From NCBI GenBank assembly GCA_002104905.1, contig MCFE01000527.1:1-61794 (forward strand): 61,794 nucleotides of DNA, given 5' to 3'. Origin of the DNA: Basidiobolus meristosporus CBS 931.73. Taxonomy: Eukaryota; Fungi; Basidiobolomycota. Below the pieces are notes generated by a model. The model had not been told where the DNA came from and ran no database searches. It saw only the letters and a program-made list of their open reading frames with translations. Position numbers and translations under genes: made by a program. Below are positions 1-13,900 of this stretch, one piece after another; positions within the stretch are counted from its first letter, which is position 1, and each line of letters opens with the position of its first letter.

Positions 1-720
1 GGTATTAAAAGCTAAGCAGCCCCAATGAGTAGGTAATCAGTTAAGTAATGCAAAGTTAGGTTGGGTGCAACAAGCAACTAATTTTTATCATGAAAACTCT
101 ACTAAGATATGCCAGATTTCTCAAGGTCACAAGCCAACTTCTACACCATTCAATATGGAATTCCCACAAACAAAAGCCAGAACGTACATATAAGGGGGAC
201 TAGAATCCAGCAGGGAGAAGGAATATATTGGCTAAATACTAAGAAGTTCTTTCCAGATATTCAGGAGGTATTCATGGCAGAAGTGGCAACAACCAGGCAT
301 ATGTTTGCAAGATATATATGCTACCAGCAGTACAAGGTATATGGCAACTTTGCAAGTATCACACTAAAAAGCCGTAAAGTTGAGGTGATAGGAGTGTGTG
401 AATTGTGGCAGGTGTGCGCGTTTGTAAAGGTTAGTAAGCAGGAGGCCATAGTTTTTTTTGATTCAAACTCTATGTGGAATGCCCAAGGTAGTAGTGGGTG
501 AGCAAATGAAGTGGGGTGATTCTACAGTGGAACTTATGAGTTGCACAAGGGGAGGTAGAAAAAAGAAATGCCATTTGGTAAGTTCATATGATAGGCCATC
601 ATACTGCAGATATAATGCCATCAGAGTCTTGCTGTGAGGCTGTCAAAATACCGTCAAGTTTCTTGCCATATAAGGCAATAGGATGTCCTGGCCAACTGGA
701 TCCATGTAAAATAGTAATAA
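1..720 (+). mobile_element. Degenerate CACTA/En-Spm DNA transposon, 3' portion (downstream of DUF4218-like region)
   Basis: Matches 45700-46400 as an inverted copy (128-300 is homologous to the reverse complement of ~46100-46260) and 40750-41130 as a direct copy; those copies adjoin Tnp2/DUF4218-like transposase motifs. Nearly CpG-free. Confidence 0.7.
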
Positions 721-1950
721 AGTGCTGAAAGACTGCAACAATACTATGCAAATATTGTCACAGCACCAATGAAATATTGTCAAGTTTTACCCCTTTATTT
801 GGTTGTAAGATTAGTGAAACACCGTTATGATCCTGTCATAAGATTGTTAGGAGGGTCACTAATTCCAAGCTGCTGTTATTATGATGGTCTCTGAACATGA
901 TCTTGATGGCTGATCTGGATTGGATCCACCCACAGGACCAAATTATTTTTCATAGGGGGGGATTGTATCCTCCAAATCCCTTGCTTTTTTATTTTCTAGG
1001 GGACTGCATTCCCCAGATCCCCTGCTCTTCTAGCTTTTTCCTAGCCCTGATTATCACACCTATACCCAACCCACTGATCAAGGTCTGAAAGAGAACACAC
1101 CACACTATACCTGCTCCCTGCTGGAGAACTAAACTTGTAGATCCCAATGTCAGGCAGATTGCTCATCATATTCTGCAGTTAGATAAACCCAAGTTGGCCT
1201 ACCTGAGGTACCTGACCAACCTTTGGCAGCAATATCTGAGACAGCATGCTCCCTCTGTGATGGACATCAATCTTTATCCTATTCCCTTTATTGATTTTGT
1301 TCACAAATCATTCTTACCCCTCTTGCTACCCCCCCCCCTTCCCACTGAACAGTGTCTTGAGCACTGAAGAGCTATCATATCTCCTTATTAGCTTACCTAC
1401 TAATTCCCCTCAGCCAAATTTCAGCTTTCCTAAAAGTGACAACTCTCAATATCACAGGTATTAGCTTCACAGCAGACAAGTAGATATTCTTTCCAGAGGG
1501 AGACTAGGCCCACTAGCATATATATCAAATTTTGTAATCAGTTCCTCATTACTTCGACCAAAAATTGCAACTGAAGACTGGAAGCAGAAACACCCGCTGA
1601 ATACCAGAAAAATACCATCAAAATACTAGCTTAATACCTGCTAAAATCCAATGAATTCCAACTTTGTGATTTTTCACAGGGCATAGTATGTAAAATAATG
1701 GACATACAAACTGCAACTACGAATACTGGTAGTTGTAGTGCGGACTGGTTTTGCCGAATATTCTGCACTGTGGAATCAGCCATCTTACCAATCCGGCTGC
1801 ATAATCCGGTGCTCAAAGTAGCATATACCAGATATTACAATGATTTGTAGAGCCATATACAAGTGTACCATCTTTTTGGAGGCAGGACAAGCTTTATTAG
1901 AGGGAATCCAGTATTTCCGCAACAGTACAATATAGTGTGTAGTAGTGGCC
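721..1950. repeat. CpG-depleted repeat-derived DNA flanking the gene island
   Basis: The module ctgatctggattggatccacccacaggaccaaattatt (~910-950) recurs at ~42715-42760 and inverted at ~45355-45410. CpG is scarce until ~1700-1950. Confidence 0.55.
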
Positions 1951-2007
1951 GAATGATCAACCTACCTACCATCAGGAGGTGTTCTGCTATAAACAGTATG
2001 AGTAGCA

Positions 2008-3536
2008 CTAGATAACACTACTTGGGGTTTTCTGTCGAGGCAGTGCTACCCAAAGGCCCAGCATTGCCACAAACAACGAAAGTGCAAATGGTTCAAGAAC
2101 CCAAATTCCCTGCTGCGATGCAATCACTCCCGACAAAAAAGGAAAGATCGCTGCCCCAGCGAAGCCAAGGCTTGACACAAGCCCTACCGTAGTTGCATGA
2201 AGGTCTTTGGTAGTGAGCTTTGTCACCACGCTGATTGCGGTTGGAAACATTGGTCCCTAAGCATTTGATAACTTAGTCCAATGTACTGCAGCATCCATAA
2301 GAATTCTAGCACTTACCAACACAACACCAACTAGTGCAATACACACTGAATCAGCTATGATTTCAGGAACAAGCCACACTATCAGCTTTAATGCAGCGGC
2401 TAATATTAGGTATAAAGCGACCATCCTCCTCTCGCCAAAGCGGACAGTTGGTATCCCCAACACAAACCTTCCCAAAGCAATACCTGCCACGGAATATCCA
2501 ATTAATCCATAAAAACTCCAAATCAGCGAACAGCTACTAGCACCAAACTCACCTGCCCAAAACGAAGATGCCACAATTCTCATCTTGTCCGGATCCCCCT
2601 TCTTGACTGTGACTAAAAAGGTAACAATCCATCCGCCAATACTTACTTCTGCGCCCACATATAAAAGCAGGAACATCGCAGTGAGCCATGTGGCTCTCTT
2701 TAGGACGACTTGCTTGAGCATTTTTCCTCCGTCGTCATTGTTTTGCTGTTGATCATCCTGTTGCTCAGCCAGATTCCCTTGCTGCGTTTGAAAAGCAAAG
2801 TAGGCCAGAGGGATATTTATCAGAGCCAGCCCAAGAGTAACCAGGTAATAAAAATTCCAACGGATTCCACTGGCAAGGATAGCTGCTGCAACCAAGGGTG
2901 CCACAAAAGCTCCAATCTGGATGGCCGACATGTGAGCCATTTGATATATGCAGCAGGAAAAAGATTCGTACCTACCCCGTAGAAGCCGTGGAGAAGGTTC
3001 AGCTTCTCCGAGCTTCGCTTCAAACCTGCAACATAAATATTGGTTCCAGCGTCCTGAATCCCGGCGCCAAACCCCAGCACCACATACGACGCACAGAGCA
3101 ATTCGAACGGAGGAGCCCAACAAAGCAGTGCAAAAGCAGTCGCAAAACACCCCGCCCCTAATAGCAAAGTGTACCTCAAAGATAACTTGATTATGAGCAT
3201 GCCGATCGTAACAGCCGACAAAACATAACCAACAGTGGTGAATACGAAAACCAAACTTATTATGGCGTGGTTGACATTATAATATGGCTCCATAACAGTT
3301 ATCAAGCCGCCCAGTGAGGCGTCATTGAAGCCCAGAACACACAGCATGTAGAAGGAAGCACCCAGGCGGAACTGCTCTTGAGACAATTTCGGCAATGTCA
3401 AGTGCATGCATACGTGATATTGGTTATTCTGGTTTGTGTCTTGGGCGCTGCTGTCCTTCGGGTTAATCTCGAAGGCGTTGTGCGTCTCCTTATCATGGAG
3501 ACTAGCCAGTTCTATTTCTTCTCGTGTTGCACTCAT
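2008..3536 (-). CDS. MFS transporter (BSC6/FucP-like), 4 exons: complement(join(2008..2256,2317..2483,2553..2916,2976..3536)), ~446 aa
   Basis: Three overlapping ORFs join through GT..AG introns of 59, 69 and 60 bp into one frame. Multiple TM helices; motifs GFNDASLGGLI, QDAGTN, LHGFYG|IGA, YVGAEVSIGGWIVTF, GPMFPT. Confidence 0.9.
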
Positions 3537-4340
3537 GAGTCGACGGTAGTCAAGATACACGCAAGCCTATGAGTTATTGGGCTCAATACCACGAGAAATT
3601 CATACCTATGACATCGCCTTGAATACCAACCAAGCCGGTTCCCAACATCACAATGATTCGAATTTTGCGGTTACGCCGCAGATACCATCCCAATCAGCCA
3701 CATTCAAGCTATTGTCGACGAATTAACACCGACAGCTAAGCGAGTACCCGATCATTTCCGAAGATACATGACAGCTCGAATTGGACTTTCCAGTAATAAA
3801 CGTCATCCTGTCATTGCAAAAACGAAGTGTTCGTTTATACTTGGTTCGGGGCCGCTTGCTGCGCTTCCCTCGAATTGTGGAAGCACGTAGCGGCGGTAGA
3901 ACTGATCGTTTCCTCTTCCGGTCGACCTGTGATCAGCCCAACAGGCGGGCTTCTCAATACGATGCAGGTGTCTCAAGTATTCAGGTACTGCTGATCTGGG
4001 ATTCGACTCAGATCGACAGCATGAACCAACTCGACGACCAACAGCGAATGAGGGAAAGCTTGCACCGCGCGGCGGCCACCAGACAACTCGCTAGCACTGG
4101 CCGAATGACCAGAGTATTAGAGAAACCGGAAACGAGGTGCTTTAATTAATCGTTGTTGGGTATGAAATATTATATGCTAAGTAAATAAAGTCATGAGGTG
4201 ATGGGTATTGAATGAAGTGGCAGAGGAAGTAAATTCAGGATGATCCATGCTGGGTGCTTGAGATCCAGTGGACTATTCAATAGTTGTGGATCCGATGGGG
4301 ATCATTGAAGACAACTCCACCGTCCATTAATATGCACCAC

Positions 4341-5400
4341 TTATAGTAAAATCTGGGCGACCATGGAGATAGCAACTAATCCCACGCCGAAGGCAGGGAT
4401 GCTGATGGCTGAGCCAGCGTTTTGAGCAGCGTGATTGTCAGCAACAGAGACCTTGTCGTTGGAGGGGATGGCGGGTACGCTTTGGGCCGGTTTGGCAGCG
4501 CTGGATGCGCTAGCAGCAACTGATGTACTGGCCGGAGCTACAGAAGTGGAGGTGGGGGCCGCAGAGGTGGAGACAGAGCTGGGAAGGGCGGAAGTGGTTT
4601 GGTTGGTTTGGGGGTTGGCCTTGTTCTTATACATGGGGAAACGGTTGCTCAAGCAGTCATTCACCGTCTCGAACTTGTAGTTCTTGGCCTTGATGGCATC
4701 GATGATGGTGGCGGTTCTTTCAACAGAGAATTTGTGGATGTCGTGCTGAAGGGAAATGAAAGACTGGGTCTGAGTGTTGGATTTCTCCACTGGGCCAACA
4801 ATGTTGGTCACCAAGTCGTTCCATTTGTCGGGCATGTCCATGAATTTCCAATCGTTGGAGTCCACGTTCCACTGAACGACAAGGTAACCCATCTCCTTCA
4901 TAACATCACGGCATTGCTGGTTGCAGTTACCGTAGGGAGGACGCATGACAGCTGGAACCAATCCAGTGGCAGCTTGGATAGCTTTCTCGGTGAGCTCCAT
5001 CTCGCTCTTGATCTGGCTAGCAGTGAGTTTGTTCAAGTCAGCATGGGTGTTGGTATGGGAAGCGATCTGATGACCCTCGTCATAAGCCTGCTTCAAATAC
5101 TTGGAGATGCCGGCCTTAGCGGCTTGGGTACCGACAGAGAAGAAGGTAGCCTTGATTTGCTTCTCCTTGAGAGTGGCAAGCAAGGTGCCGGTGTATTCAC
5201 TTGGACCTACGCAGAATGGGGAACTGGTTAGGACGCAATGACAGTGGCCAGAAACGGACTGACGACGTACCATCATCGAAGGTCAATGCGAAAACGCCAG
5301 GTTTGTCGCATTGGAAAATGAATCCTTCTCCCTGATCTTGGGCAGTAACAAAACTAGCAGCGGTTGCCAACAAGGAGAATTTCAAGAAAGAACGGATCAT
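4341..5400 (-). CDS. Chitin/polysaccharide deacetylase (CE4, NodB domain), secreted, probable GPI anchor; complement(join(4341..5206,5271..5400)), 331 aa
   Basis: Signal peptide MIRSFLKFSLLATAASFVTA; TFDDG|P across a 64-bp intron; SHTNTH, RPPYG, DSNDW, LQHD; Ser/Thr/Ala/Pro-rich stalk and hydrophobic C-terminal tail. Confidence 0.95.
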
Positions 5401-5492
5401 GATGATATCGACCTAGGAAAGATTAGTGGGGAAAAAGAGAAGAGTAGAGAGGGAAACAATGAATGGTAGAGAATTCGGAATCGAATCGTTTC

Positions 5493-5499
5493 TTTTATA
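5493..5499 (-). promoter_or_regulatory. Putative TATA box (TATAAAA) of CE4 gene 1
   Basis: TATAAAA on the minus strand 93 bp upstream of the ATG, followed by a pyrimidine-rich leader. Confidence 0.45.
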
Positions 5500-6319
5500 G
5501 CGGCCATCAGCACTGGAATATGCACCACATTAGACTCGCAGTGCCACATGAATGTAACTATCCAAGGTGGTACAGCTGATAGCAATGAATATAGGGGAGC
5601 TCTTTTTGGCATTCTCTTAAGCAGTAGTTGTTTAAGAGTTGACACTCGGTACTGGAATTCTCTACAGATTGCCTAACCGCGATGTCAAACATTAGCAAAT
5701 GGCCTCAAATTGAGTGCCAGCTTTGTAGTTCAACAAACTCGTGGGCTACGAGCCGCCAGCAGATTTGCTGCAAAATAGCAATGCTGGGCTTCCTCGGCGT
5801 GGATGATCAGTACAAGTGAATGCTAGGCTAATATAGTTAGCCCCCGATCCTCGCTCAAGGTGACTGCAAGGAACTCGTGGAATCCCTCTCCCCTAGACAT
5901 CCCCGTTCACTTGACCCACCTGAAAACCACAGTGTCTGGGCTGAGCCATTGGAGCAGCCCGCCACACCCTGAGCCGTGTCTGAGGGAATCATAAAGCTTC
6001 AATCTAACAAGCTTAACATCAATTAGGTTGTCAAACGTGGTTTGGCCAATACCCGCGTAACACAAGACCCTCAAAGGATTTTTGTAAATTGTCAATTGAT
6101 TTTGCCATTGCGAACTTGGCCCAAACAGGAATGCTGGTGTCACCGAGATTTCCAAAGAACTAAATGGAAAAAAGAGCGCCGAAAGAGGTGCGATGCCAAT
6201 ACTTCCGCTATGCTGGGATCCAACCGCCATTGGATCAATCAGTGCTAGCTTTGTAGTGGCCCCATTCAAGATTTCATCTCCCTTCGGGTAGCACGATGCG
6301 AAATGCAGTAATTCATAAA

Positions 6320-7400
6320 AACTCTAAATGCCCATCAGCCGAGCGGCAACGGGCGCGGTGCGACATTGAATATATTACGGAGCAGGTTGCTGGCAGCCAG
6401 AGCGACTGGCCAGGATGGATGCAGCCAGTAGAACGGACGTCACCCGCTCATGCCACCTATGTGCGTGGTCTCCGTCAGCGAGTGCCGCGCCAGCACCGGA
6501 TGATCCGTACTGTCGTGGCCATCCAGAAGAAGACCGAATACACGAGTTGATGACAGGCACCACCTTTGTGCATGGCTGGATGTCCTTTCGAAGCATCTCA
6601 CCATATTGGAGATGAGCAATCATGCATAAATATTGGGCCACTCCTGTACATCACAGAAAATTCGATGGTTTTAGGTTGCTTAATTATATAATGCAATCGT
6701 CAGGGGTGCGAGATTACTTAAATGGGCGTGTAACGTTATCTTGAGTGCTGCACCACTGATGCCAATTCAAATAAAGAACCTTATTCTTTGGTTGTGGATA
6801 TGCAGGTTGAGCCCAATCCGAGTGTAGCCCATTGGTGGATTGTGAGATGCATCCTGGTTTCTTTTGGGCGAGAGCAAGAGGTTTCCGTTCCAATCGTTCG
6901 AAAATGGATTAGATGATTCTTCAAACTGGTAACCTAATGTTGGGCAAGGGTATCGCCCATGTACTCGCTATCGCAATGCTTGATTTTTGTGCTCGTGGTC
7001 TCCACACAATTGAGCTGTGGTTCGTAGACATCCGATCACAAAGCAGATCCTTATCTGCTGGGCATTGAATATAGGAAGTAAGCCCTTGTTAGCTCCCTCC
7101 CATTTTAATCATTCACATAACCCCCGTTGATCACTTCCGGGATCGCCCAATGCTCCCCAACACATTACTGCTTCCTATCAGCTTGCTCTTGACTGACCCA
7201 AGTAACATAGCCAGAACCACTGTCCAATCCGAATCTGCTTCCGCAATTACTTAGCAGTCATGGCGGCCTGGCCAAACGCTACAACCCTGCGGATGAATCT
7301 TGGCAAGAATCATCCTTCATGCGTTCGGTGATGGTGGCAGAGGATCTCGCTAGCCATATTCTGCCGGAAGAGCCACAGCGGATCAACTGCTGCTGATCCA
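6320..7400 (-). pseudogene. Decayed Ser/Thr protein kinase, STE11/BCK1 (MAP3K)-like
   Basis: Colinear degenerate subdomains across frames: LIRCGSSGRIWLAR (I, ~7345-7395), PEVINGGYV (V), YIISNLKPSNFL (VIb, ~6654-6698), SVFFWMA (VIII, compare GSVFWMAPE), DVRSTGCI (IX), RCRSAD..LEFL (XI). Many stops and frameshifts; spacing irregular. Confidence 0.45.
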
Positions 7401-9289
7401 ATATCCCTGATCTTCTGTGATGTATGCGAATTAACTGCAAATCCGCCAGTGTGTCACGATTCGCCTGATTGGCCTACCTCATGACGGCCAAGACTGTCAA
7501 AGGCTGAGAATGGTTTTGAAGTGGCCGTAATGGAAGAGCACCTGGATCTCGTACGCAACAACCTGGTCATTATGGCCTAGCTCCGAGAGGGATGAATATT
7601 CCGCTTATGCTCAACTTGGAACATACCTGGTCCATATCGAGCAGATGCAATCGGTCTTGAAAGTGTACGGCGCTGAGGTGTACACCTTCCGATTTGGCGT
7701 GTGGTAATGAAATGACCATGCACTTGGCGCCGTTGATGAAGGTACATTGGAATTCTAGACTGGTGAATCTCAGCAGCTGCGTACCCGTACGTTCCATCAG
7801 GGGCTCGCTCTGGCAAATCCAAGGATTCTGACCGATCAGCCCTGGGCTGACCGATAATCTCTAGGACAAAGTTTATTCGGACACATCTTGCTCCTCTACT
7901 CCATATCAGCCCACCAACATTTGAAACACCATTCGTGCTTGCTTGGCCTTTAGGTGGTTCGGGCTAAGCTGATACACTTGCACGCCGTTAGCCTCTCCAA
8001 GGTACTCGCCAATACATGATTGGGATCGATGGCCTATTGTTGGTATCCTTCAAGCAAGCTAACCTATTTTCCCCATGTGGTAGATCTACGTGACCTACCG
8101 ACATCGGAGTTTCTATCCTCCAGCGCAGCCTTTGCACTTCACACCCTGCTGAGAACCATATCTGGCGGCCCTGTGATGCTTTGCAAATAACCTGTAATAC
8201 CTAATGCACTCAGAAACCTATTGAGCTAACGTATGTTACTGAGGCATCAGCATACCGATGAGAAACCGGCACATTCAAGGTACTCCACTTTGCTTCTCCA
8301 AGTTGTCCTGATGCCCTCAATCCATCTACCACAAATGCTCGCCTATGGTGAGATTGCAGATCTATTCAGTTACGTAAGGATTATCCTCGCTCAGGAACAT
8401 CATCCAGACCGCTTTGAGTAATTCCGGATTTGAACACATATGGTATTAACTACCGGCTCATGTTGAATCACATCATGTTTAATTCGTTTCGCACATAATT
8501 GCACAGTAATCTCATTCCATCTCCCAACCTAATGCCTGGCCATTGGCAGCCGGATATGGCAATTGGTGGGACAACACGACTCACCTGCCCATTTGGAAAC
8601 CGGTAGGTAAGCTTTAGTGCTTGGTGTGAGCATGCGCGATTTCGCCGCATGACTCATTCGATGGTTGATTGATTAGCAGACAATCTCACCTCCGCGTTCA
8701 CTTGAACATCAACCGCAGCGGATGTAATATACCAGAGATGCATATTTACGGGGAACCATCTGGTGCGCACAGTGTATGGAGCGCTTCGGACTTCCCTTAT
8801 GGATTGATGAGCTACGTCAGTACCATTTGAATTTCAGCCGCATCTCTGCGAAGCAAGTAATTCCTGTTTGACTGAAGACTCGCAGTGCAAGGCTCCAAGT
8901 GGTGGTTTCGACTGGGTGGTAACGCACTTCATTGATCTACCCTAACCCCTCACCCCAAAGAAATGAGCTTAGGCTGCAAGCATATGGAGGGTGCTCAACT
9001 TGAGGGCGCTGCCGCCTTCTTCAGTGCCTATGCGACGTTCACAATTGTGGAAACTCTTTATCAAACCAATCCCCTCTGGATATGAGGCAATGTAGCCATC
9101 CTTCCACATTTCTGGGGCATCTCTGGTTAAGGAGATTGCCTTTTCACTCCATGTATCCACTGTACATTTGATCTGAGATAAGACGATGGGAGTTGGACAA
9201 CGGTGGGAATCAGGTAGATACCGGGAGATTGCTTGGGAATGTATTAGCTACCCTTTCTCGTGGAGTCATGCAGGACCTACCCTATGGTT

Positions 9290-9660
9290 GCGCAAAGAAC
9301 ATTCCCAAACTAGTTCACCATTTTGTGGTTGTAAGAGTCGGAGAATGCTGGGAATCTTCCCGAATTGGATACTTCAAGGTCATCACGTTGGTGGGAATAT
9401 AGAAGCTATTGGTGGGCCAATGTATGGATATCTCTTGATTTGCGGATCATTTCTCCGTAGGAAATCAATGGGTTCGCATATGCCTGATGCTGCCAACGAC
9501 GCGTGGAATTGTCCATTTTCGTGTGCCACATTCATTTTAACCCAGGCGCGGATCGATTGTCGCTATTCGATATTTTCGAGCGATCTCTTATGGCTTATGA
9601 CTGGTTTGGCCCGTCTAGCATATATTGTTCGGGAGCTCAGCTCCATTGCAATGAACAGGC
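9290..9660 (+). pseudogene. Possible decayed serine carboxypeptidase S28-like fragment
   Basis: Degenerate KLVHHF, GGPMYGY and FGSSAPLQ occur in the expected order, but matches are weak and spread over several frames. Confidence 0.2.
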
Positions 9661-9869
9661 TTGGTGAGCATTATGTTGGGAAACAATTCTACAGACATTC
9701 AATGGTGACCCATCCAATCCACTAATCGCTCGATCTATTTAGTCCCACTGGTTCATCTGGCTGAAATTCAACCTATAAACATTCTCAAATGCGGGTCAAG
9801 GATTTCATGTTGCGATTAGACAAGTGCAACTACTCAATTTTCTAATGGCGGATGGGTCATAAAGGTTGA

Positions 9870-10940
9870 TGTATGTGTCAATTTGGACAATAAGGGTGCT
9901 GTGGATCTTCAACCAACCATGGATACAATACATCCATTTGAACTAGAGCACTTGATGCGATTGTCTTTATTGGAAGCAAAGTGTGCCACTTCAGAGTAGA
10001 TCCTACACTGGCATGTTTCAACATATGTTCCATTTCCCTAGTTCTGAGAAATCGGCAATTAAATCTGTGCACAAGATTCCCTACCAATTCTGCAGGATTG
10101 GAGTGATAATATAGGGTTAATGGAGTCAATGCTAATTATTTGCATCAGGCCCTCTGTACTAAGCCCTGCTCAATGCACCATTTATGAGTGTGAACTGGCT
10201 GAATGACTCACTAATCTATGCAATACTTTGGGGTGTTTTAATGTAGTAGCATGTAGAGCCAGAGCTCCTAATGTTACAACCATTGCTACTGTTGCAAGGT
10301 CCTAGGGAGTGTTGTAGGTGAAATGGAGCACTTGAACTGTATGATACTTACTTGCTTGAGTTTGAATAAAGTATAAGTACTTCTATGAGAGCTCCATAAA
10401 ACCAATAATGCAAGTTCAAAAACCTTGATAACTTCCAGGCCTTCACAGATTCTGTGAGTAAGCAAGTATCTGAAGTAAGCATTATGATTACTCCCAAATA
10501 CTTCATTGACCTGATGACTTGGCTCATAGCCTACTATCATCAGAATACCTTACCAAAATTCCTTGACAAGAATCACCTGAAATGTCTTACCAAAACATCA
10601 GATAGTTGGTGTTGTGAGTATTCAGTTTACAGCTGAGCCATTGATCAAATACAAGCTTTCAGTATCCCACAGCTCTTATAGTTACACCTTACAACCAAAA
10701 TTATAAGTAGATATCCTAGATTTTGAGCAATTAGCTGTTAGAGTTACCACATATATTTCTAGCTTAGGTGTAAGTTGAATATTTGTAACAATTAGATCAG
10801 CACCAGTTGCTGAGAATCTATGAAGGTGTATTAATTCATGCTGCAAAAAATTATGATCAACTCTACTCAAACAAGATCTATTTTGCAATAGCTTTACACT
10901 AAAGGGGATCATTACTACCTCATTTACATGCTGTCCAAAT
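9870..10940. repeat. Degenerate LTR-family A related repeats
   Basis: CpG-depleted; segments resemble 17050-17350 and the LTR-like units at 15850-16150 and 30400-30600. Confidence 0.45.
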
Positions 10941-13900
10941 ATATATTATGTTGTTGTTTTGCATACCAGAGCTAACCCATGATCATCACCAATACTGTAA
11001 GTGTCTTCAAATATTGGAAGTGATTCAGAGAACATGTATATTTTGCTGACATCACTCAATGAATATACTAAATGTGATTCAGATACTTATGCAATTATAT
11101 GATCTTGGCAAATCAGCATGTAAAATATATTTAGGAAGGCTCCAAGAGCATCTGTGCCAAGTGCAGGGCTGCTTGAGCAACTTTGAAACACCTCATACCC
11201 TGAATACCTGATTTCTTGGTAAAGATATTTCATGTATATCTCTGCTGAGAATTTGCCAGGACTCTTTAGGATTTGCAAACTTTGCTTCAAGTGACTATTT
11301 CAGGTTGGTATTCATGTGTAAGCTTGAAATTTTGAGCACTCCCACTCAACTTAATATTTGCATCAATCATTCCCAGTCAACATTGAAGCTACTGAAACTT
11401 GTCTCCAAATAATGAGTTGGTGTATATTTCTGCAATCATTTCATCTGTGGGATAGCAAATTAAGTAAGCAATGTTACTCTGCATGGATTTCTATATGAGC
11501 TGACTTGTAATAATTATGTGCTTGGTTTTTGTATGGAATGTTGATTGTTACCTAGGTTTATGCATCCTTGCGTATCTTGAAATAATGCAGCAGAGGTATT
11601 TTGGCATAAGTCTACATGCTTAAAGAGCTTTGTGAACCACATTGTATTCTTTGTAGCCTCACAGGCTGCCATATACTATACGTCTGTGGGGGAAAGTGCA
11701 ATGGTTGGCACCTTTGCGTATTTAGGAGATTGCTGTTAAAAGTTAAGCAAGGTGTATCTTATGGTGAATCTTCTGAGTGCTAGAAATTGTTCTCAATACA
11801 CATCAAAGTATCCCAAAAGATCATGCTCTGAATCTTTATAGGTCTGTTTTAGGCTGATATCAGCATTTCCTTTTAGGAATCTAAATTCCACTCAACTGCT
11901 TTGATGTTATCAGTTCCATTATTTGGGTTATGCTGGGTGACAGCACCAGCTGAATATGAGATTTCTGATTTCAATCCTCTGATAATATTCATCAAGCTGC
12001 CAACTACAGACTGATAAGGGAGGTCTGGACTTCCAGATGGTACTAAGCCCTCTTGATTTGATTGAGTTTTGACCAAGCTAGGATCTGACTCCTATATGCT
12101 AGCTGCAGCTGACAATCTTCCATTTAATACTTCTTGTGCATATCTTGAGTATACTTGAGTATTTTAAGGTGATGGTCTGGGTAGATCCATGTATGGAGAG
12201 CTTTATTACTACATAGTAATTAATCACTCTCATAATGAGTATTTTGAACTCCTTAGATATGCAGGATTTTGACTCTTCCAATGGTTCTTTGTGATTAGTG
12301 GCTGATATGGTCATCCATGTGCTCAGCCAATTGCACCAGACTTGGGGTTATATGATGATTCATGAGCTTACAAACCAACTGGGACTCTCTTGGTGACCAA
12401 ACTCATCATGTAGGTTTATGTACAAATACTATGTGTTCCTTACTTGAGAATACAGCTTTCACATCCTTCCAACAAGTTAAAAACCTCAATTTTTCTGCAA
12501 TAACTAATAGTTAAGATGATGGAGTTAAACTTGACAACTGGTGCAAAGGTATTGTTGTACTCCAGCCCTTGTGTTTACAAGTATCTCTGGGCTAAAAATT
12601 GTACCTTGCATCTTTCAATTATACCATGAGTATTGTACTCTGTGATGAACACTCATCTGTATCCAATTGAATTGTTTTTGAATGATAGATTGACTATATG
12701 CTTAGTTTGATTTTCCAATAGTCTTGGATATTCCTCAGTTGTTGCAAACCTATAAAGCTTTGTCTGAGGACAATTTAAAGCCTGTTTTGCTGTTTGGGTC
12801 TCATCTATATGGAGTGAATAAACATAGGCCAAGTGTGTACATACATTGCAATACCAATTTAGGCTCTATATAATCAGGCTGGGTATTCTGCCTTGTGATG
12901 TTAGAATTACCACTTCTGGAATATTCCTGGACACTGATTCAGGCTGACTCTTGTTGTGGGGTCTTTAAGAGTAAAAGAATATCATTACTTTGCTTAAACT
13001 CATTTCTGAATAATGGTCAACTCAAGACCAGATTTTTGTCATGAGCTGATTTAGCTATTGGTGAGGATTTTGAATATAAAAATAGGAGCACATCCAAGGA
13101 CTTGGTTAGCTTCTTTACTTTGGTATTGTGAATTATGTATGTCATGCTCATATGGCTGTAGCCCAAAAATAATCATAATACGCTTTTTGGCCCATCCTTT
13201 GATTGATTCCAAATATTGTGTGGGCTTATGCTGTGCAACCAAGTATTCTTGGGTTTTCTGCACTTGGTTTATACCCATACAATGCCCAAAGTGAAGTAAA
13301 ATGACCAAGCCTTTTACAATAACTCCTATTATCAAGAGATACAGCTGTAGTAACTCATTCTGCTCAAGAATCATGGGAAAATATTTGATCTTGGATCATA
13401 GGCCCACCATATCAGTGATGGATGTTGCAAAATTATCAGGAGTATTGGATATTTGTGATGATTATCACTCTTCTAGGAGCACCAGTCTGAAGTGTTCTTT
13501 CCTTTTGTAGTACTTGCAGTAAAGGTCATTGTTACCCATCAAGGGTCTTGAGTTTCTCCTGGGTGGTCATCATTGCTGTTACACAGCTTTCTTCTTCCTT
13601 CTCATTGGTACTTGATTTCTCAATTTGTTATCTAGCAGCCTTCAGAGCTCAAATTCAAGCTTAAATCTTCAGATCTAGACTATAGGGCTGATACTGTTGT
13701 AAGATTTATAGATAGATTGGAAGTGTTTGGGAGAAAAAGTAGATAATGTATTTTTCACTTAATGATTCATTGTATGTAAAGTAGTGTTTATGCTTTTACA
13801 TGGTCTTGCATTACTGCAACTTTTTGCAATACTCCCACACAACTAAATGCTTGTATCAACTAGTCTTAATTATGACCTAAGATATGTGTATTTGTCTTTA

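Noticed and set aside
3781-4149. 122-aa plus-strand ORF
   Set aside because: TTG start, no domain, and it lies in the MFS promoter/CE4 terminator interval.
4435-5231. Plus-strand ORFs overlapping CE4 gene 1 (likewise 26436-26819, 23574-25238 and 2710-3190)
   Set aside because: Antisense shadows of GC-rich real genes; no motifs or independent signals.
5900-9870. Continuation of a myosin-chitin synthase beyond the copia block
   Set aside because: No QRRRW, EDR or LPG motifs found; the recognisable remnants there are kinase-like.
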